From Phycisphaerales bacterium (lineage in GTDB: Bacteria > Planctomycetota > Phycisphaerae > Phycisphaerales > SM1A02): DNA of 64,000 nt. Location: NCBI GenBank assembly GCA_029247205.1, contig JAQWLT010000040.1:546-64545 (forward strand). The letters are read 5' to 3'. Within the stretch, counting starts at the first letter, position 1. Each line of letters opens with the position of its first letter. Below, in pieces: positions 36,207 to 46,781 of the stretch. The notes beneath the pieces are model-generated. The model was not told the origin of the DNA, made no database searches, and saw only the letters and a program-made list of their open reading frames with translations. The translations under genes and the position numbers were made by a program.

Positions 36207-37453
36207 GACTCGCCGATCGAGATCTGTTCGACATGTCCCTGGGCAATTTTCTCGATGCCACTGCCAATCTCGCCGATTGGATCGGGCGGCACAATGTCAA
36301 CCCGCTTATCACCGAGTTTGGCCGTGCCTGCACGGACTTGCTCTTGGAATGTTCGGCACTCAAGTAGCAGGCGGTCGAGGATTTCATCTTCTGGCACATT
36401 GGCAATACGCGCACCCTGCACGTAGATGATGCCGCGGCGATCTCCTGCAAAGACAGCAATGTCGGCGCCTTCGGCTTCGCCTGGTCCATTGACAACGCAG
36501 CCCATGACAGCAACCTTCATTGGCACTTCAATCTCGTCACTCAGTTTCTGCCGGACTGCTTGGACGAGGCTGAAGAGATCGACCTGAATACGACCACATG
36601 TGGGGCATGCAATTAATTCGGCGCCCTTCCGCTCACGCAGGCCGAGTGACCACAGCATTTCAAGTCCGTCTTCAACTTCAAAGACCGGATCGCTTGCATA
36701 ACTAATACGGAGTGTGTCGCCAATGCCTTCGGCGAGCAAGGCGCCAAGTGCGACGACGCTCCTGATGGCTCCGGTTTCTCGGGGGCCTGCGTGTGTTACC
36801 CCAAGGTGTAAGGGATAGTCGAATCGTGTTGAAATCTCGCGGTAGGTGGCGATGGCGAGTCTTGCGTCCATTGACTTCGCGCTCAGGCAGACGTTGTGGA
36901 AGTTGCGGTCCTCGAAGATTTCAAGGTACTCCTCAAGCTTCGTAATCATCAAGGCCATGAGATGCCCTTGGTGATGGTCGGCAAAAAACTTGCCGAGTTC
37001 TTCCATTCGCAACTGCTTGTCTTTTCGCTCGATGATTGAGCCTTCATTGACTCCAACCCGAATAGGGATGTCGCGTTCAGCGCATGCATCGATGACGCGA
37101 TTGACTTGATCACGGTCATCGATATTGCCAGGGTTCAGCCTGATCTTGTGGATGCCTGCTTCGACCGCTTCGAGCGCTCGCTGATAGTGGAAGTGCACAT
37201 CTGCGACGATGGGAATCTTGGTTTGAGAGAGGATCTCCGGGAGTGCTTCGGTATCAACTCGTTTGGGAACCGCTACTCGAACGATGTGCGCTCCGGCGGC
37301 TGCCATTCGATTGATCTCGGCGACGCAGGCATCGATTTCATACGTGTACCCGGAGGTCATCGTTTGTACCGACACTTCGGCGTCGCCGCCGATGCGGACG
37401 ATTCCAGTGTGTTCATTACCAACTGAGATTTGGCGGGTCTTGCGGCGTTCCAT
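36203..37453 (-). CDS. ispG: 4-hydroxy-3-methylbut-2-en-1-yl diphosphate synthase
   Basis: 416 aa. 'VSVQTMT', 'IVRVAVP', 'IPIVADVHF', 'KIRLNPGN' and the [4Fe-4S] Cys ligands in 'IACPTCGR' and 'VAVMGCVVNGPGEA'. Confidence 0.95.
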   Translation of the reverse strand: MERRKTRQISVGNEHTGIVRIGGDAEVSVQTMTSGYTYEIDACVAEINRMAAAGAHIVRVAVPKRVDTEALPEILSQTKIPIVADVHFHYQRALEAVEAGIHKIRLNPGNIDDRDQVNRVIDACAERDIPIRVGVNEGSIIERKDKQLRMEELGKFFADHHQGHLMALMITKLEEYLEIFEDRNFHNVCLSAKSMDARLAIATYREISTRFDYPLHLGVTHAGPRETGAIRSVVALGALLAEGIGDTLRISYASDPVFEVEDGLEMLWSLGLRERKGAELIACPTCGRIQVDLFSLVQAVRQKLSDEIEVPMKVAVMGCVVNGPGEAEGADIAVFAGDRRGIIYVQGARIANVPEDEILDRLLLECRTFQEQVRAGTAKLGDKRVDIVPPDPIGEIGSGIEKIAQGHVEQISIGES

Positions 37454-37500
37454 GCCGAGGAGTGTAGGCGAGTAGCGGGTGGTGCAGGCACCGAATCGGC

Positions 37501-40071
37501 TCAGTCGCCTTCGTAACGCTCCAATTCGACATCTTCTCCGGGCAATAGCAGATCGGCAACCAGGGTGCCCTCTGGAATTGGGTCGCCGTCGAGACGGGTA
37601 ATGACCGGGCGAGGATTCGCCTTCTCGTGTTCTTCGAGCGCCGCTTCTAGGTTTGCTTTGATGTCCTCATCCAGCGTTGACCACTTTCCGCGGCCGCGGC
37701 ACTTGGGGAAGGCACTGCACCCGAGCCATGGGCCACGTTTTCCGTTGCGTAGATTGAGCGGTTTTTCGCACTTCTCGCACTTGAGTTCGGTCGTGAGTGG
37801 CGGGACGGAAGGGATCTTGAGTCCGCCCTTCTTGTCAACATTGAGCACGGTCTTGATATCTGGGTAGTTCACTGAAGCCATGAAGGGCCCGAAGCGTCCT
37901 TGGCGTAGGATCATCGGCGAGTCGTCTTCGGGGCATGCGACATTGACCCGCTGCTCCATTTGTGGCTTGCCGTCACGATCGACGCCAGTAGCAAATGTGC
38001 AGTCTGGATATGTCATGCAAGAGAGGAAGCGACGACCACTCTTGGCAAGTCGATATCCAGTGCGGGCGCCGCATTCGGGGCACTTGTAGTCGGCGGGCGT
38101 CATTTCGGCCCGCGCGTGCGTCATGGTCTCGAAGGCCTCGGCGAGTGCTTCTGTGAAGGGGGTATAGAAACTGTGAAGCGTTGCCACCCAATCGGCGTCG
38201 GCGGAGGCGACTTTGTCTAGGTCGGATTCCATGGACCGGGTGTAGCCCACATCCATCAGACGCGGGAATGCGCCGAGAAGTTTCTCCGTTACGACTTCGC
38301 CCACTGGTGTTGGGTGAAAGGCGCGATCAATTTTCTCGACGTACTTATGCTGGATTTTTTCGATGATCGCCGCGTATGTCGACGGCCTGCCGATCCCCTC
38401 GCGTTCGAGGTGCTTGATCAGTGCCGATTCTGTGTATCGAGATGGCGGAGCGGCGAACTTTTGTACCGGGTCGATGCCAAAGGCTGCCAACTCGTCGCCC
38501 TCTTGCAGGTTCGGCAGCGTTTGTTCTGACTCAGAACTCGGAACGCCAGCGGCGATATACCACCCGTCGAATTCCAGTGATCGCCCGGCCACCTTGAGTT
38601 CAACGCCGGTGTCATTGTCAGACCGTCGCAAACGGAATTCGGTTCGATTCCACACGGCTGGAACCATCTGCCCAGAGACAAAGCGTCGCCAAATCAAACT
38701 GTACAACTTGCGTTGGTCTTCTTGCATCGATGAGGGAAGGTCCTCAGGTCGGCGTGTGACATCGGTCGGACGAATCGCTTCGTGGGCTTCTTGAGCCTGA
38801 CGGTTAGTTGAGCTGTAGGTATTGGCCTTGGCAGGAAGGTACTTCTCGCCCCAGTTCTTCTGGATGAAATTGCGAGATGCGGCGATGGCTTCTGGAGCTA
38901 CATGCGTCGAGTCGGTTCGCATATAGGTGATGAGTCCGACTTGGCCCTCGCCTGGAATCTCGAGGCCCTGATACAGGCCTTGGGCGGCGCCCATGGTGCG
39001 ACGAGCGGTGAAACCCAGTGTGTTGGCCGCTGCTGCTTGCAAACTACTTGTGATGAATGGGGCGTGCGGACGTGACTTGGACTGCTTCCGCTGAATGGAG
39101 GATACTTGCCAGCGGACAGTCGGATCAGGTGTGCCCTCAAGTGTCAGTCGCCGTGCAGCCGGACCCTTCCCCTCATCATCGGCGGTCTCGACAAGCGTCG
39201 GCTCAAGGAGTCCAACGGCATTGGCCATATGCAGCACACGCTTGCGATGCGCAGCCTCGGTCTTTCCGTCCAGAGTCCACCCATCATGGGGCAACTTGAG
39301 GTCGGCCCGTTCGCCGTCAATTTCGGCAAGGACTGCCGAGAATGCGCCGTGCTCGGCAAGCCATTTGGCAATGTCCTTTTTTGTGGTTGGAGACTCTTGC
39401 CCATGCAATTCATGCCATGACGTTGCAAGTTTCTCACAGAGATCGGCGTCAGAAGTGAGTCTGACGTCAACTTGCCAATGTTCATCAGGAATGAATGCTC
39501 GAATCTCGAGTTCACGTTCAACGATCAATCTGACAGCGGGCGATTGCACACGACCGGCACTGAGTCCACCCGCGACTCGCTGCCACAGAAGTGGAGACAC
39601 TTGATACCCCACGATGCGATCGATGATGCGACGGGCTTGTTGGGCCTTGACACGATCCAGATTGATCGGCTCGGGGTCGGCGAAAGCTGCTTGAATTTCT
39701 TTTTTAGTGATGGCGTTGAAAGTCACACGCTTGGCGGTCATCGGATCGACCTTGAGGCACTCTGCCAAATGCCATGCGATGGCTTCGCCTTCTCGGTCGA
39801 GGTCGGTCGCGAACCAGATGGTTTCTGCGTTCTTGGCAAGTTTGCGAAGCTTGGTCACAACTTTCTTGGAGTCTGCAGACACCTCATAGGTTGGCTTGAA
39901 GTCATTCTCGAGATCAACCCCAGGCACCGGAGCCTTGACGCCCTTGGGATTTCGCTTGGGAAGGTCACGAATGTGGCCAACCGACGCTTCAACTGCCCAT
40001 CCGTCGCCGAGATAGCGTTGGATGGTCTTGGCTTTGGCCGGACTTTCGACGATCACAAGATTGGTAGCCAT
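37501..40071 (-). CDS. topA: DNA topoisomerase I
   Basis: 856 aa. Toprim 'LVIVESPAKAKTI' and 'ATDLDREGEAIAWH', the active-site Tyr region 'GLITYMRTDS', and C-terminal Cys4 zinc ribbons ('YKCPECGA', 'LKCEKCEKPL...CSAFPKC'). Confidence 0.95.
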   Translation of the reverse strand: MATNLVIVESPAKAKTIQRYLGDGWAVEASVGHIRDLPKRNPKGVKAPVPGVDLENDFKPTYEVSADSKKVVTKLRKLAKNAETIWFATDLDREGEAIAWHLAECLKVDPMTAKRVTFNAITKKEIQAAFADPEPINLDRVKAQQARRIIDRIVGYQVSPLLWQRVAGGLSAGRVQSPAVRLIVERELEIRAFIPDEHWQVDVRLTSDADLCEKLATSWHELHGQESPTTKKDIAKWLAEHGAFSAVLAEIDGERADLKLPHDGWTLDGKTEAAHRKRVLHMANAVGLLEPTLVETADDEGKGPAARRLTLEGTPDPTVRWQVSSIQRKQSKSRPHAPFITSSLQAAAANTLGFTARRTMGAAQGLYQGLEIPGEGQVGLITYMRTDSTHVAPEAIAASRNFIQKNWGEKYLPAKANTYSSTNRQAQEAHEAIRPTDVTRRPEDLPSSMQEDQRKLYSLIWRRFVSGQMVPAVWNRTEFRLRRSDNDTGVELKVAGRSLEFDGWYIAAGVPSSESEQTLPNLQEGDELAAFGIDPVQKFAAPPSRYTESALIKHLEREGIGRPSTYAAIIEKIQHKYVEKIDRAFHPTPVGEVVTEKLLGAFPRLMDVGYTRSMESDLDKVASADADWVATLHSFYTPFTEALAEAFETMTHARAEMTPADYKCPECGARTGYRLAKSGRRFLSCMTYPDCTFATGVDRDGKPQMEQRVNVACPEDDSPMILRQGRFGPFMASVNYPDIKTVLNVDKKGGLKIPSVPPLTTELKCEKCEKPLNLRNGKRGPWLGCSAFPKCRGRGKWSTLDEDIKANLEAALEEHEKANPRPVITRLDGDPIPEGTLVADLLLPGEDVELERYEGD

Positions 40072-40162
40072 TTGGTGCGCCAGTGGGGGACTTTGGATGA
40101 AAAAGGACAGAACGGGGGGGCGTTATGGTCGTCGGCGCTCCGTCTGTCAACCCTTGAGAAGA

Positions 40163-41140
40163 TCAAACACAAGAATCGTCTGCTTCAGGGGGGTTCTGGT
40201 GCCCCCAGGCGAGGGCTGCCGCAACGCCTTTATTGATAAGTGTTTGCGATGACTCTTCAGTAGGGTCAATCCACGTCAATCTGGGTAGTGCGCGAAATCT
40301 TCGAAGCCAGGTCCGTTGTTGCTTCGCGAAGCGTCGGGTGCGGATTTTGATCTGCTCGATGGCTTCGGCCTCGGTGCAGTGGCCCTCGAGGCAATCGATG
40401 ACCTGTGCATAGCCCACCGCAGCGGCCGCCTGCTCGCCAAGGCGACTGTTGGCATGAAGGGCTCGCACTTCCTCCAGTAGCCCGTCTGAGATCATGGCTG
40501 AGACCCTGCTATTGATGCGGCCATTGATGGTTTCGGTGGGCCAGTCAAGACCAATGATGACCACATCGTTGCGGCAGGCATCGGTCCACTGAACTTGGGC
40601 ATCTGAGAGTGGCCGTCCGGTGCCGCGGGCGTATTCGATGGCTCGAATCGTTCGTCGGCGATCGTTACGGTGAATCCGGCCGGCTGCATCAGGGTCACGC
40701 TGCTTCAGTTCAGCCCGCAATGCATCAGTATCAAGGGCATCAAGTTCCGCCCGAACTGCAGCGTCCGGCGGTGGTCCATCAAGCAGCCCAAAGAGCAATG
40801 CTTGCACATACAAGTTGGTTCCTCCCACTACGATTGGCCAGCGGCCGCGACTACGAATGTCGTCGATTGCTGCATTGGCTGCGGTAAGCCAATCGTCCAC
40901 GCTCCATGCCTGATCTGGCTCAACCACATCAAGAAGGTGGTGTGGCACCTTTTCCTGCTCGGTACTGGTCGGGGTGGCTGTGCCAATATCCATCCCGCGG
41001 TAGACCTGCATGGAATCGGCCGAGATGCATTCGCCCCCGCCTGGCAATGCCTGGGCAAGCGCAACAGACAGGGCCGTTTTGCCGCCGGCGGTGGGGCCAA
41101 GCAGCACAATGACGGGTCGAGAATGAGTGGTGGTTGGCAT
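40163..41140 (-). CDS. miaA: tRNA dimethylallyltransferase
   Basis: P-loop 'LLGPTAGGKTALSVALA', with 'ISADSMQVYRGMDIGTA' and 'VGGTNLY'. Start trimmed to ATG 41140 ('MPTTTHSRPVIVLLGPTAGGKT'). The 61 upstream codons in the track overlap the divergent pgk promoter region. Confidence 0.9.
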   Translation of the reverse strand: MPTTTHSRPVIVLLGPTAGGKTALSVALAQALPGGGECISADSMQVYRGMDIGTATPTSTEQEKVPHHLLDVVEPDQAWSVDDWLTAANAAIDDIRSRGRWPIVVGGTNLYVQALLFGLLDGPPPDAAVRAELDALDTDALRAELKQRDPDAAGRIHRNDRRRTIRAIEYARGTGRPLSDAQVQWTDACRNDVVIIGLDWPTETINGRINSRVSAMISDGLLEEVRALHANSRLGEQAAAAVGYAQVIDCLEGHCTEAEAIEQIKIRTRRFAKQQRTWLRRFRALPRLTWIDPTEESSQTLINKGVAAALAWGHQNPPEADDSCV

Positions 41141-41210
41141 GGAGTGGGCTCGGGGCGGTCGGCGTGTACCGTACGCACCTGGCGAGTTGCTCGCCAAGTG
41201 GAGGTGCCCT

Positions 41211-42425
41211 TTGGCAACTGCATGTGTAAAAGATCTTGACTGTCGTGGACTACGGGTACTCATTCGCGTTGATTTCAACGTGCCCAGTAGGTCGGACGGA
41301 GAAATCCTTGACGACCGACGCATTCGAGCGGCCTTGCCGACGATCAGGCACGTCGTTGATCACGGTGGCATCGCCATTGTGATGAGTCATCTCGGCCGCC
41401 CGGCAGGGGCTGGCTACGAGGCTGACTTGTCATTGGCTCGCGTTGCGGCGCGACTTGGTGAGTTACTGGGTCCTGCGCATCCAGTGATCTTTGTGAAGGG
41501 TGACTGCATCGGGCCTGATGTAACTCGCGCGGTCGAGTCTGCAGCCGCTGGCGAGGTTCTCATGCTCGACAATCTTCGGTTCAGTGCTGGCGAGAAATCC
41601 AACGATGCGAACTTGGCCGCATCACTCGGTGCGCTTGCAGATGCCTATGTGAATGACGCATTTGGCACGGCGCATCGGACGCATGCTTCAATTGTTGCGA
41701 CTCCCGCTGCGATGGAGGGCAAACCATGTGTGGCTGGACTCTTGCTTGAAAAGGAGATCCACTTCCTCTCGGAATCGCTCACATCACCGGCCCGACCATT
41801 CATTGCCATTTTGGGCGGTGCAAAAGTCTCAGACAAGTTGGCGGCCATCAAGAATCTCTTGCCACGGGTTGATGCGGTTCTCGTCGGTGGCGGCATGGCG
41901 TACACTTTTTTGAAGGCGCAAGATCATGCGATTGGCAACAGTTTGATTGAGTCAGACATGATCGAGACTGCTCGTCAAGTTCTTGCTGAGGCGGCCAATT
42001 GTGGGACCGATCTGGTGTTGCCGACGGACCATGTGTGTGCTCAGCGTATTGAGCCAGATGTCACGGTTCGTACATGCGAGTTGGGGATCCCACCAGGGTG
42101 GATCGGTCTGGACATTGGTCCAGAAACACTCCTGCACTGGTGTGAGCGGGTCAGTCATGCAGGTACGGTGGTTTGGAATGGTCCGGTCGGCGTCTTTGAG
42201 ATGCAGCCATTCGACGTGGGTACAGCGGGATTGGCTGTGGCGCTCGCGCATGCAAGCAAGCGACATAAGACTGTGACCATTGTCGGTGGAGGGGAGACCG
42301 CTGCCGCGGTTGAGGGAGCAGGCGTTGCAAGTTCAATTACACATGTCTCCACAGGCGGAGGCGCCAGTCTGCAGATGCTCGAGGGGCGTGCACTGCCTGG
42401 TCTCTCGGCCTTGGATTCGGCATAA
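41211..42425 (+). CDS. pgk: phosphoglycerate kinase
   Basis: 'GLRVLIRVDFNVP', 'SHLGRP', 'NLRF' and 'STGGGASLQMLEG' are canonical PGK blocks. I favour the in-frame TTG at 41211, with GGAGG 7 nt upstream. This leaves about 10 residues before the conserved core and removes the overlap with miaA. The track start is GTG 41127. Confidence 0.88.
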   Translation: MATACVKDLDCRGLRVLIRVDFNVPSRSDGEILDDRRIRAALPTIRHVVDHGGIAIVMSHLGRPAGAGYEADLSLARVAARLGELLGPAHPVIFVKGDCIGPDVTRAVESAAAGEVLMLDNLRFSAGEKSNDANLAASLGALADAYVNDAFGTAHRTHASIVATPAAMEGKPCVAGLLLEKEIHFLSESLTSPARPFIAILGGAKVSDKLAAIKNLLPRVDAVLVGGGMAYTFLKAQDHAIGNSLIESDMIETARQVLAEAANCGTDLVLPTDHVCAQRIEPDVTVRTCELGIPPGWIGLDIGPETLLHWCERVSHAGTVVWNGPVGVFEMQPFDVGTAGLAVALAHASKRHKTVTIVGGGETAAAVEGAGVASSITHVSTGGGASLQMLEGRALPGLSALDSA

Positions 42426-42510
42426 AGGAGCTTCTTTTTGAGGCTCCGCCTGGGGCGGCAGGCGCTATACTGGAAGAGTACTGAGATACCTACTTATTGG
42501 GAGCGTCGTT

Positions 42511-43566
42511 ATGACTTCAGTTCTTGCATCGGGTCGACTGTTGTGTGCAATCGCTTTGGCTCTCGCAGCGGCGACATCAGCTTTAGCTGAAGAGAAACTG
42601 CAGGTTGGAGACGTTGCACCAACATTCAAGGTCGATGATTGGGTCTTGCCGAGCGAGAAGGGGCTTGACGTTGATCTGACCGACGGCAAGGTGCACGTCA
42701 TCGAGTTTTGGGCAACGTGGTGTCGTCCATGTAAGTTCTCTATTCCGCATCTGACTCGGTTGCAAGAGAAATGGGGCGAGGACCGTCTCCAAATCATTGG
42801 TGTTTCCAACGAGGAGCTCGACGTCGTTCAGCCATGGGTGAAGCGGAACCTCCCGCAGATTGGCTATGGAATTGCTGTGTCGGGTAAGCGTGGCATTCAA
42901 CGTTCGTGGTTCAAGGCTGCAGGGCTCACAGGTATTCCAGCGGCCTTCATCGTTGGCCCAGCGGGGCGAGTGCAGTTCATTGGTAATCCAAATGACGAAA
43001 GGTTTGAGCAAACACTGATTAAGGTGATGAATGGTCGCTTTGATGCTGCCATGGCCAAAGATGCGGAGCCACTGAAGAAGCAGCTTCGCAAGCAGAAAGA
43101 GTTCAAGAACTGGGCGCAATACGAGAAAATCGCACAAGAAATCATTGCAATGGATCCAAAGGTATTCATTGATGTCGAAATCGACTTGTTTGAGACCCGC
43201 TTGGTTCAAATGGAACGGACTGATGCGGCCTATGCGGGCGTCAAAGCCTTTATCGAAACGGGTATTGAGACCGACCCAGAAGGCGTATTGTTGTATGTCG
43301 ACTGCATTGTGCTCGACCCGGATATCCCAGATCAGAAGCGTGATCTAGACTTGGCGCTGAAGTCGGCTACGCAGGTACTCGAGCAGTTTGAAGACCCTCG
43401 TCGACAAGCATGGGCACTCAAGACAATTGCAGCAACGCACCATCAATTGGGCAATCATGTATCCGCTGTGAAGTTTTCACAGGACGCATATCGTCGTGCA
43501 CCAGCTGATGCGAAGGAGGACTACCGTGAGCAGTGGCGTGAATACAAGCGTCAGATCGGAAGCTGA
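42511..43566 (+). CDS. secreted TlpA/ResA-like thiol-disulfide oxidoreductase with a helical C-terminal extension
   Basis: Signal peptide 'MTSVLASGRLLCAIALALAAATSALA' and a thioredoxin fold with active site 'FWATWCRPC'. The C-terminal about 170 aa are helical-repeat (TPR-like) sequence. Confidence 0.75.
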   Translation: MTSVLASGRLLCAIALALAAATSALAEEKLQVGDVAPTFKVDDWVLPSEKGLDVDLTDGKVHVIEFWATWCRPCKFSIPHLTRLQEKWGEDRLQIIGVSNEELDVVQPWVKRNLPQIGYGIAVSGKRGIQRSWFKAAGLTGIPAAFIVGPAGRVQFIGNPNDERFEQTLIKVMNGRFDAAMAKDAEPLKKQLRKQKEFKNWAQYEKIAQEIIAMDPKVFIDVEIDLFETRLVQMERTDAAYAGVKAFIETGIETDPEGVLLYVDCIVLDPDIPDQKRDLDLALKSATQVLEQFEDPRRQAWALKTIAATHHQLGNHVSAVKFSQDAYRRAPADAKEDYREQWREYKRQIGS

Positions 43567-43567
43567 G

Positions 43568-44257
43568 GTGACTAAGGTTGGGTTCTCGTCGCTGGCGAGG
43601 TCTGGGGATGCGTGTGTTGGCGCGTCAATCCTGTCTGCTGATTTTGGAATGCTCGCGACGGATGTCTCAGATGTACTTGAGGCTGGCGCTGACTCGCTCC
43701 ACATCGATGTCATGGATGGTCACTTTGCGCCAAATCTCTCGATGGGTCCTGCCGTGTGCTCATCACTTCGCAGCCACTTCCCAGAGACACAGCTCGATGT
43801 ACATCTGATGGTCGAGCAGCCGGGAGAGTTTGTGACGCCCTTTGTGGACGCCGGTGCCGATCATCTGACCTTCCACATCGAAACAGAAATCGACCATCGC
43901 AGCCTTGCTGCAGAGATTCATGCAGCCGGCTGTACTGCGGGTTTGGCGGTCAATCCGGACACGCCTGTTGATGGCATGCTCGAACTGGCGGATGCCTTTG
44001 ATCTCTTGCTGGTGATGAGTGTGCACCCGGGCTACTCTGGGCAAGCATTTATTGAAGGTGTATTGCAGAAAGTGGCCACACTTCGGTCAGCCTGCGGCGA
44101 TGGTGTCTGGATTCAGATGGATGGTGGCGTGTCGCCGAGTACTGCCCCTGCCTGCCGCGAAGCGGGATGTAATCAGTTGGTCAGTGCATCGGCCATTTTT
44201 GGAAGTAGCGATTATTCGGCCGCTGTAGCAGCCATTCGTGGCGTGTCGTCCTCCTGA
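43568..44257 (+). CDS. rpe: ribulose-phosphate 3-epimerase
   Basis: 'ASILSADF', 'LHIDVMDGHFAPNLSMG', 'DVHLMV', 'VMSVHPGYSGQAF' and 'IQMDGGV' are RPE signature blocks. Start set at in-frame GTG 43568, 1 nt after the upstream stop. The track's ATG 43496 lies inside the previous gene. Confidence 0.88.
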   Translation: MTKVGFSSLARSGDACVGASILSADFGMLATDVSDVLEAGADSLHIDVMDGHFAPNLSMGPAVCSSLRSHFPETQLDVHLMVEQPGEFVTPFVDAGADHLTFHIETEIDHRSLAAEIHAAGCTAGLAVNPDTPVDGMLELADAFDLLLVMSVHPGYSGQAFIEGVLQKVATLRSACGDGVWIQMDGGVSPSTAPACREAGCNQLVSASAIFGSSDYSAAVAAIRGVSSS

Positions 44258-44273
44258 TATCCTGTCCAGCGTC

Positions 44274-45125
44274 ATGGCCGAGACACCACCCCGATCATGG
44301 ACCGATGCAGACGTTGCCACCGCGACGCGCAAGAAACCCGTCCCAGAAGGACTGTGGGTTGCCTGTGCCAAGTGTGGGGCCATTCTGTTTCGCAGAGCGC
44401 TCGAAAACAATCTTGGAGTGTGTCCGGACTGCCGCCATCACTTTAGGATTTCGGCGCCCGAACGTATTGCCCAGTTGACTGACCCAGGCTCGTTTGATGA
44501 GATGGCTGCTGATATTCGATCAGCCGACCCTCTGAACTTCATTGACACGAAGCCATATCCAGATCGACTTATTGCCGCTCGCAAGAAGACGGGCGTGAAT
44601 GAGGCGGTCATGTGCGGCACGGCATTCATCAAGGGACGCAAGTCAGTCATGGTCGCCATGGACTTTCGCTTTCTCGGGGGGTCGATGGGCTCGGCTGTTG
44701 GCGAGAAGATCGTGATTGCCATCGAGGCCGCTATGGCCGAAGACTTGCCGCTCATCATCGTGACGGCCTCGGGTGGGGCGAGAATGATGGAGTCAGGTTT
44801 GTCACTGATGCAGATGGCGAAGACCTCGGCTGCACTTGCGCGGTTTCACAAAGCAGGCGGTTTGTATATCGCAGTATTGACTGACCCGACAACTGGCGGC
44901 GTCACGGCTAGTTTTGCGATGCTTGGCGACGTAACCTTGGCTGAGCCAGATGCACTGATTGGGTTTGCGGGTCCTCGCGTTATCAAGAACACAATCCGTC
45001 AGGATCTTCCCGATGGTTTCCAGCGGAGCGAGTTCTTGCTTCAGCATGGATTCGTGGATCGAGTAGTAGATCGAAGTGATCTGCGATCTGAGATTTCTAG
45101 TCTCATCGACTATGCCGGAAAGTAG
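44274..45125 (+). CDS. accD: acetyl-CoA carboxylase carboxyltransferase beta subunit
   Basis: N-terminal Cys4 zinc finger 'CAKCGAILFRRALENNLGVCPDCRHH', followed by the carboxyltransferase domain ('MDFRFLGGSMGSAVGEK', 'SGGARMMES'). Start placed at ATG 44274, just after the rpe stop. Confidence 0.9.
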   Translation: MAETPPRSWTDADVATATRKKPVPEGLWVACAKCGAILFRRALENNLGVCPDCRHHFRISAPERIAQLTDPGSFDEMAADIRSADPLNFIDTKPYPDRLIAARKKTGVNEAVMCGTAFIKGRKSVMVAMDFRFLGGSMGSAVGEKIVIAIEAAMAEDLPLIIVTASGGARMMESGLSLMQMAKTSAALARFHKAGGLYIAVLTDPTTGGVTASFAMLGDVTLAEPDALIGFAGPRVIKNTIRQDLPDGFQRSEFLLQHGFVDRVVDRSDLRSEISSLIDYAGK

Positions 45126-46779
45126 TCCACGACCAGTTCAGTTCGATCATCCTGTAGTCACACTGGCGTGGCTCTTGGCATCGGCGGGGGCGTGGTGGTG
45201 TGTGCAGCCTGGCCAAGTAGCAGATGGCTTGTCTGGCTCGGCCGTGATGCTGTTGCTCGCAGTGATTTGGCCGGCGCTCCTCGTATGCGGGGCACTCAGA
45301 TCCCGCGGAGGTTGGCAGCTTTTTGGTTTCTGCTGGATTGCATACGCCTTGCCGTGGCTGTTTGTGTTGTCGTGGGTGACAGACGTCACAGCTGCTGGTT
45401 ATCCGGTTCTCATCGCGTATTCTGCATTGTGGGCGGCGACCTTTGCATGCTTACTTCGGTGGCTTGTGCAGCAACGTCCTCTCCTGAGGCTACCACTGAG
45501 TTGTATCGCTCCAGTGACATGGACAGGCCTAGAATATTTGCGTGGCGAAGTGATATTCGATGCGTGGCCATTCCATATGGCTGGTCACTCACAATGGGGT
45601 GGGCCAACCACAATGCTCGCGTCCATTGGCGGCATATGGCTCGTCGGCATGCTTGTTGTTTCCGGGGGCGGCTTGCTCGGGTCTGTACTTCGTTGCAGGG
45701 GGCCTTGGTCTATCTGGGAATTCGCGCTACCTCTGCTGCTCATGGGACTTGCCTGGTGGACTCCGTTACCAGTGCCACTCACAGGGCAGCCGCTCACGGT
45801 GCTCGCTGTGCAGACCAATCTGCCTCAAGACAACAAGATTGGCTGGCCCCTCGATCGGCAAGCCGAAGATGTGTCCTCGTTCATCGCTCTGACCGAGACT
45901 GGTTTGGCAAGTGAACAGCCCGATCTTGTCGTGTGGCCTGAGACCATGGTGCCGGGATTGGGTTTCGAACCGGACACGCTATCGCTACTCAATGACATCG
46001 GCCCGCGTGCCGACGCATGGATCCGGTGGCCACGCGCCTTGATTGCTGCGGCAACTCGGTCTGGTGTCCCGTGGCTTGTTGGCAGCCCCACGTGGACCGG
46101 TGTGCGGGTGCAAGACGGATCGCTTATGCCCGAGCATCGATTCAATAGCGCTGTACTGATTGAGCCGGGTGGAGAATTGTCGCGGGCAGACAAAGTATTC
46201 CTCACGCCGTTCGGCGAGACTATGCCGTATGTCCGTTCGTGGCCATGGCTCGAATCTTTGGTCATGGACTTCGGTGCGGGGGGAATGCGATTCGATCTTG
46301 ATGCAGCCGAGCAACCGACCCTATTGACGCTGGACACTTCGGACGGGGTGATGTGGCGGCTTGCGGTGCCAATTTGCTTTGAGGACGCCGTGCCGAGCGT
46401 CGTCCGCGAGCAGTGCGTTCGAGACGGGCGAACTGTTGCGGATGCAATCATTAATCTCACCAATGACGGTTGGTTTGGCAGCAGTGATGCAGGCCGCCGA
46501 ACGCATGCTGTTGCCGCAGCGTGGCGAGCAGTTGAGATCGGTCGGCCGCTACTGCGAGTTGCCAATACCGGCTACAGCGGTGTCTACCTGCCAGAGGGCA
46601 CTACGATGCTCGAATCGGACACACGGACGGCGACAACATTGCTTGCCTTGCTTCCTCGCTACGACACGCAGACTCTCCAAGCCCGATGGGGCAACTGGGT
46701 GCCGCGGCTCTGTCTGGCCCTGATCATGATTGGCGTGGTGTGTCGAATCCTTTGTGCTCCGCGGGACACCATCCGGTGA
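45112..46779 (+). CDS. lnt: apolipoprotein N-acyltransferase
   Basis: Multi-TM N-terminal half, then a CN-hydrolase domain with the E-K-C triad contexts 'VVWPETMVPG', 'RADKVFLTPFGE' and 'AVPICFEDAV'. Start at ATG 45112 ('MPESSPRP'). Small overlap with accD. Confidence 0.8.
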   Translation: MPESSPRPVQFDHPVVTLAWLLASAGAWWCVQPGQVADGLSGSAVMLLLAVIWPALLVCGALRSRGGWQLFGFCWIAYALPWLFVLSWVTDVTAAGYPVLIAYSALWAATFACLLRWLVQQRPLLRLPLSCIAPVTWTGLEYLRGEVIFDAWPFHMAGHSQWGGPTTMLASIGGIWLVGMLVVSGGGLLGSVLRCRGPWSIWEFALPLLLMGLAWWTPLPVPLTGQPLTVLAVQTNLPQDNKIGWPLDRQAEDVSSFIALTETGLASEQPDLVVWPETMVPGLGFEPDTLSLLNDIGPRADAWIRWPRALIAAATRSGVPWLVGSPTWTGVRVQDGSLMPEHRFNSAVLIEPGGELSRADKVFLTPFGETMPYVRSWPWLESLVMDFGAGGMRFDLDAAEQPTLLTLDTSDGVMWRLAVPICFEDAVPSVVREQCVRDGRTVADAIINLTNDGWFGSSDAGRRTHAVAAAWRAVEIGRPLLRVANTGYSGVYLPEGTTMLESDTRTATTLLALLPRYDTQTLQARWGNWVPRLCLALIMIGVVCRILCAPRDTIR

Positions 46780-46781
46780 CT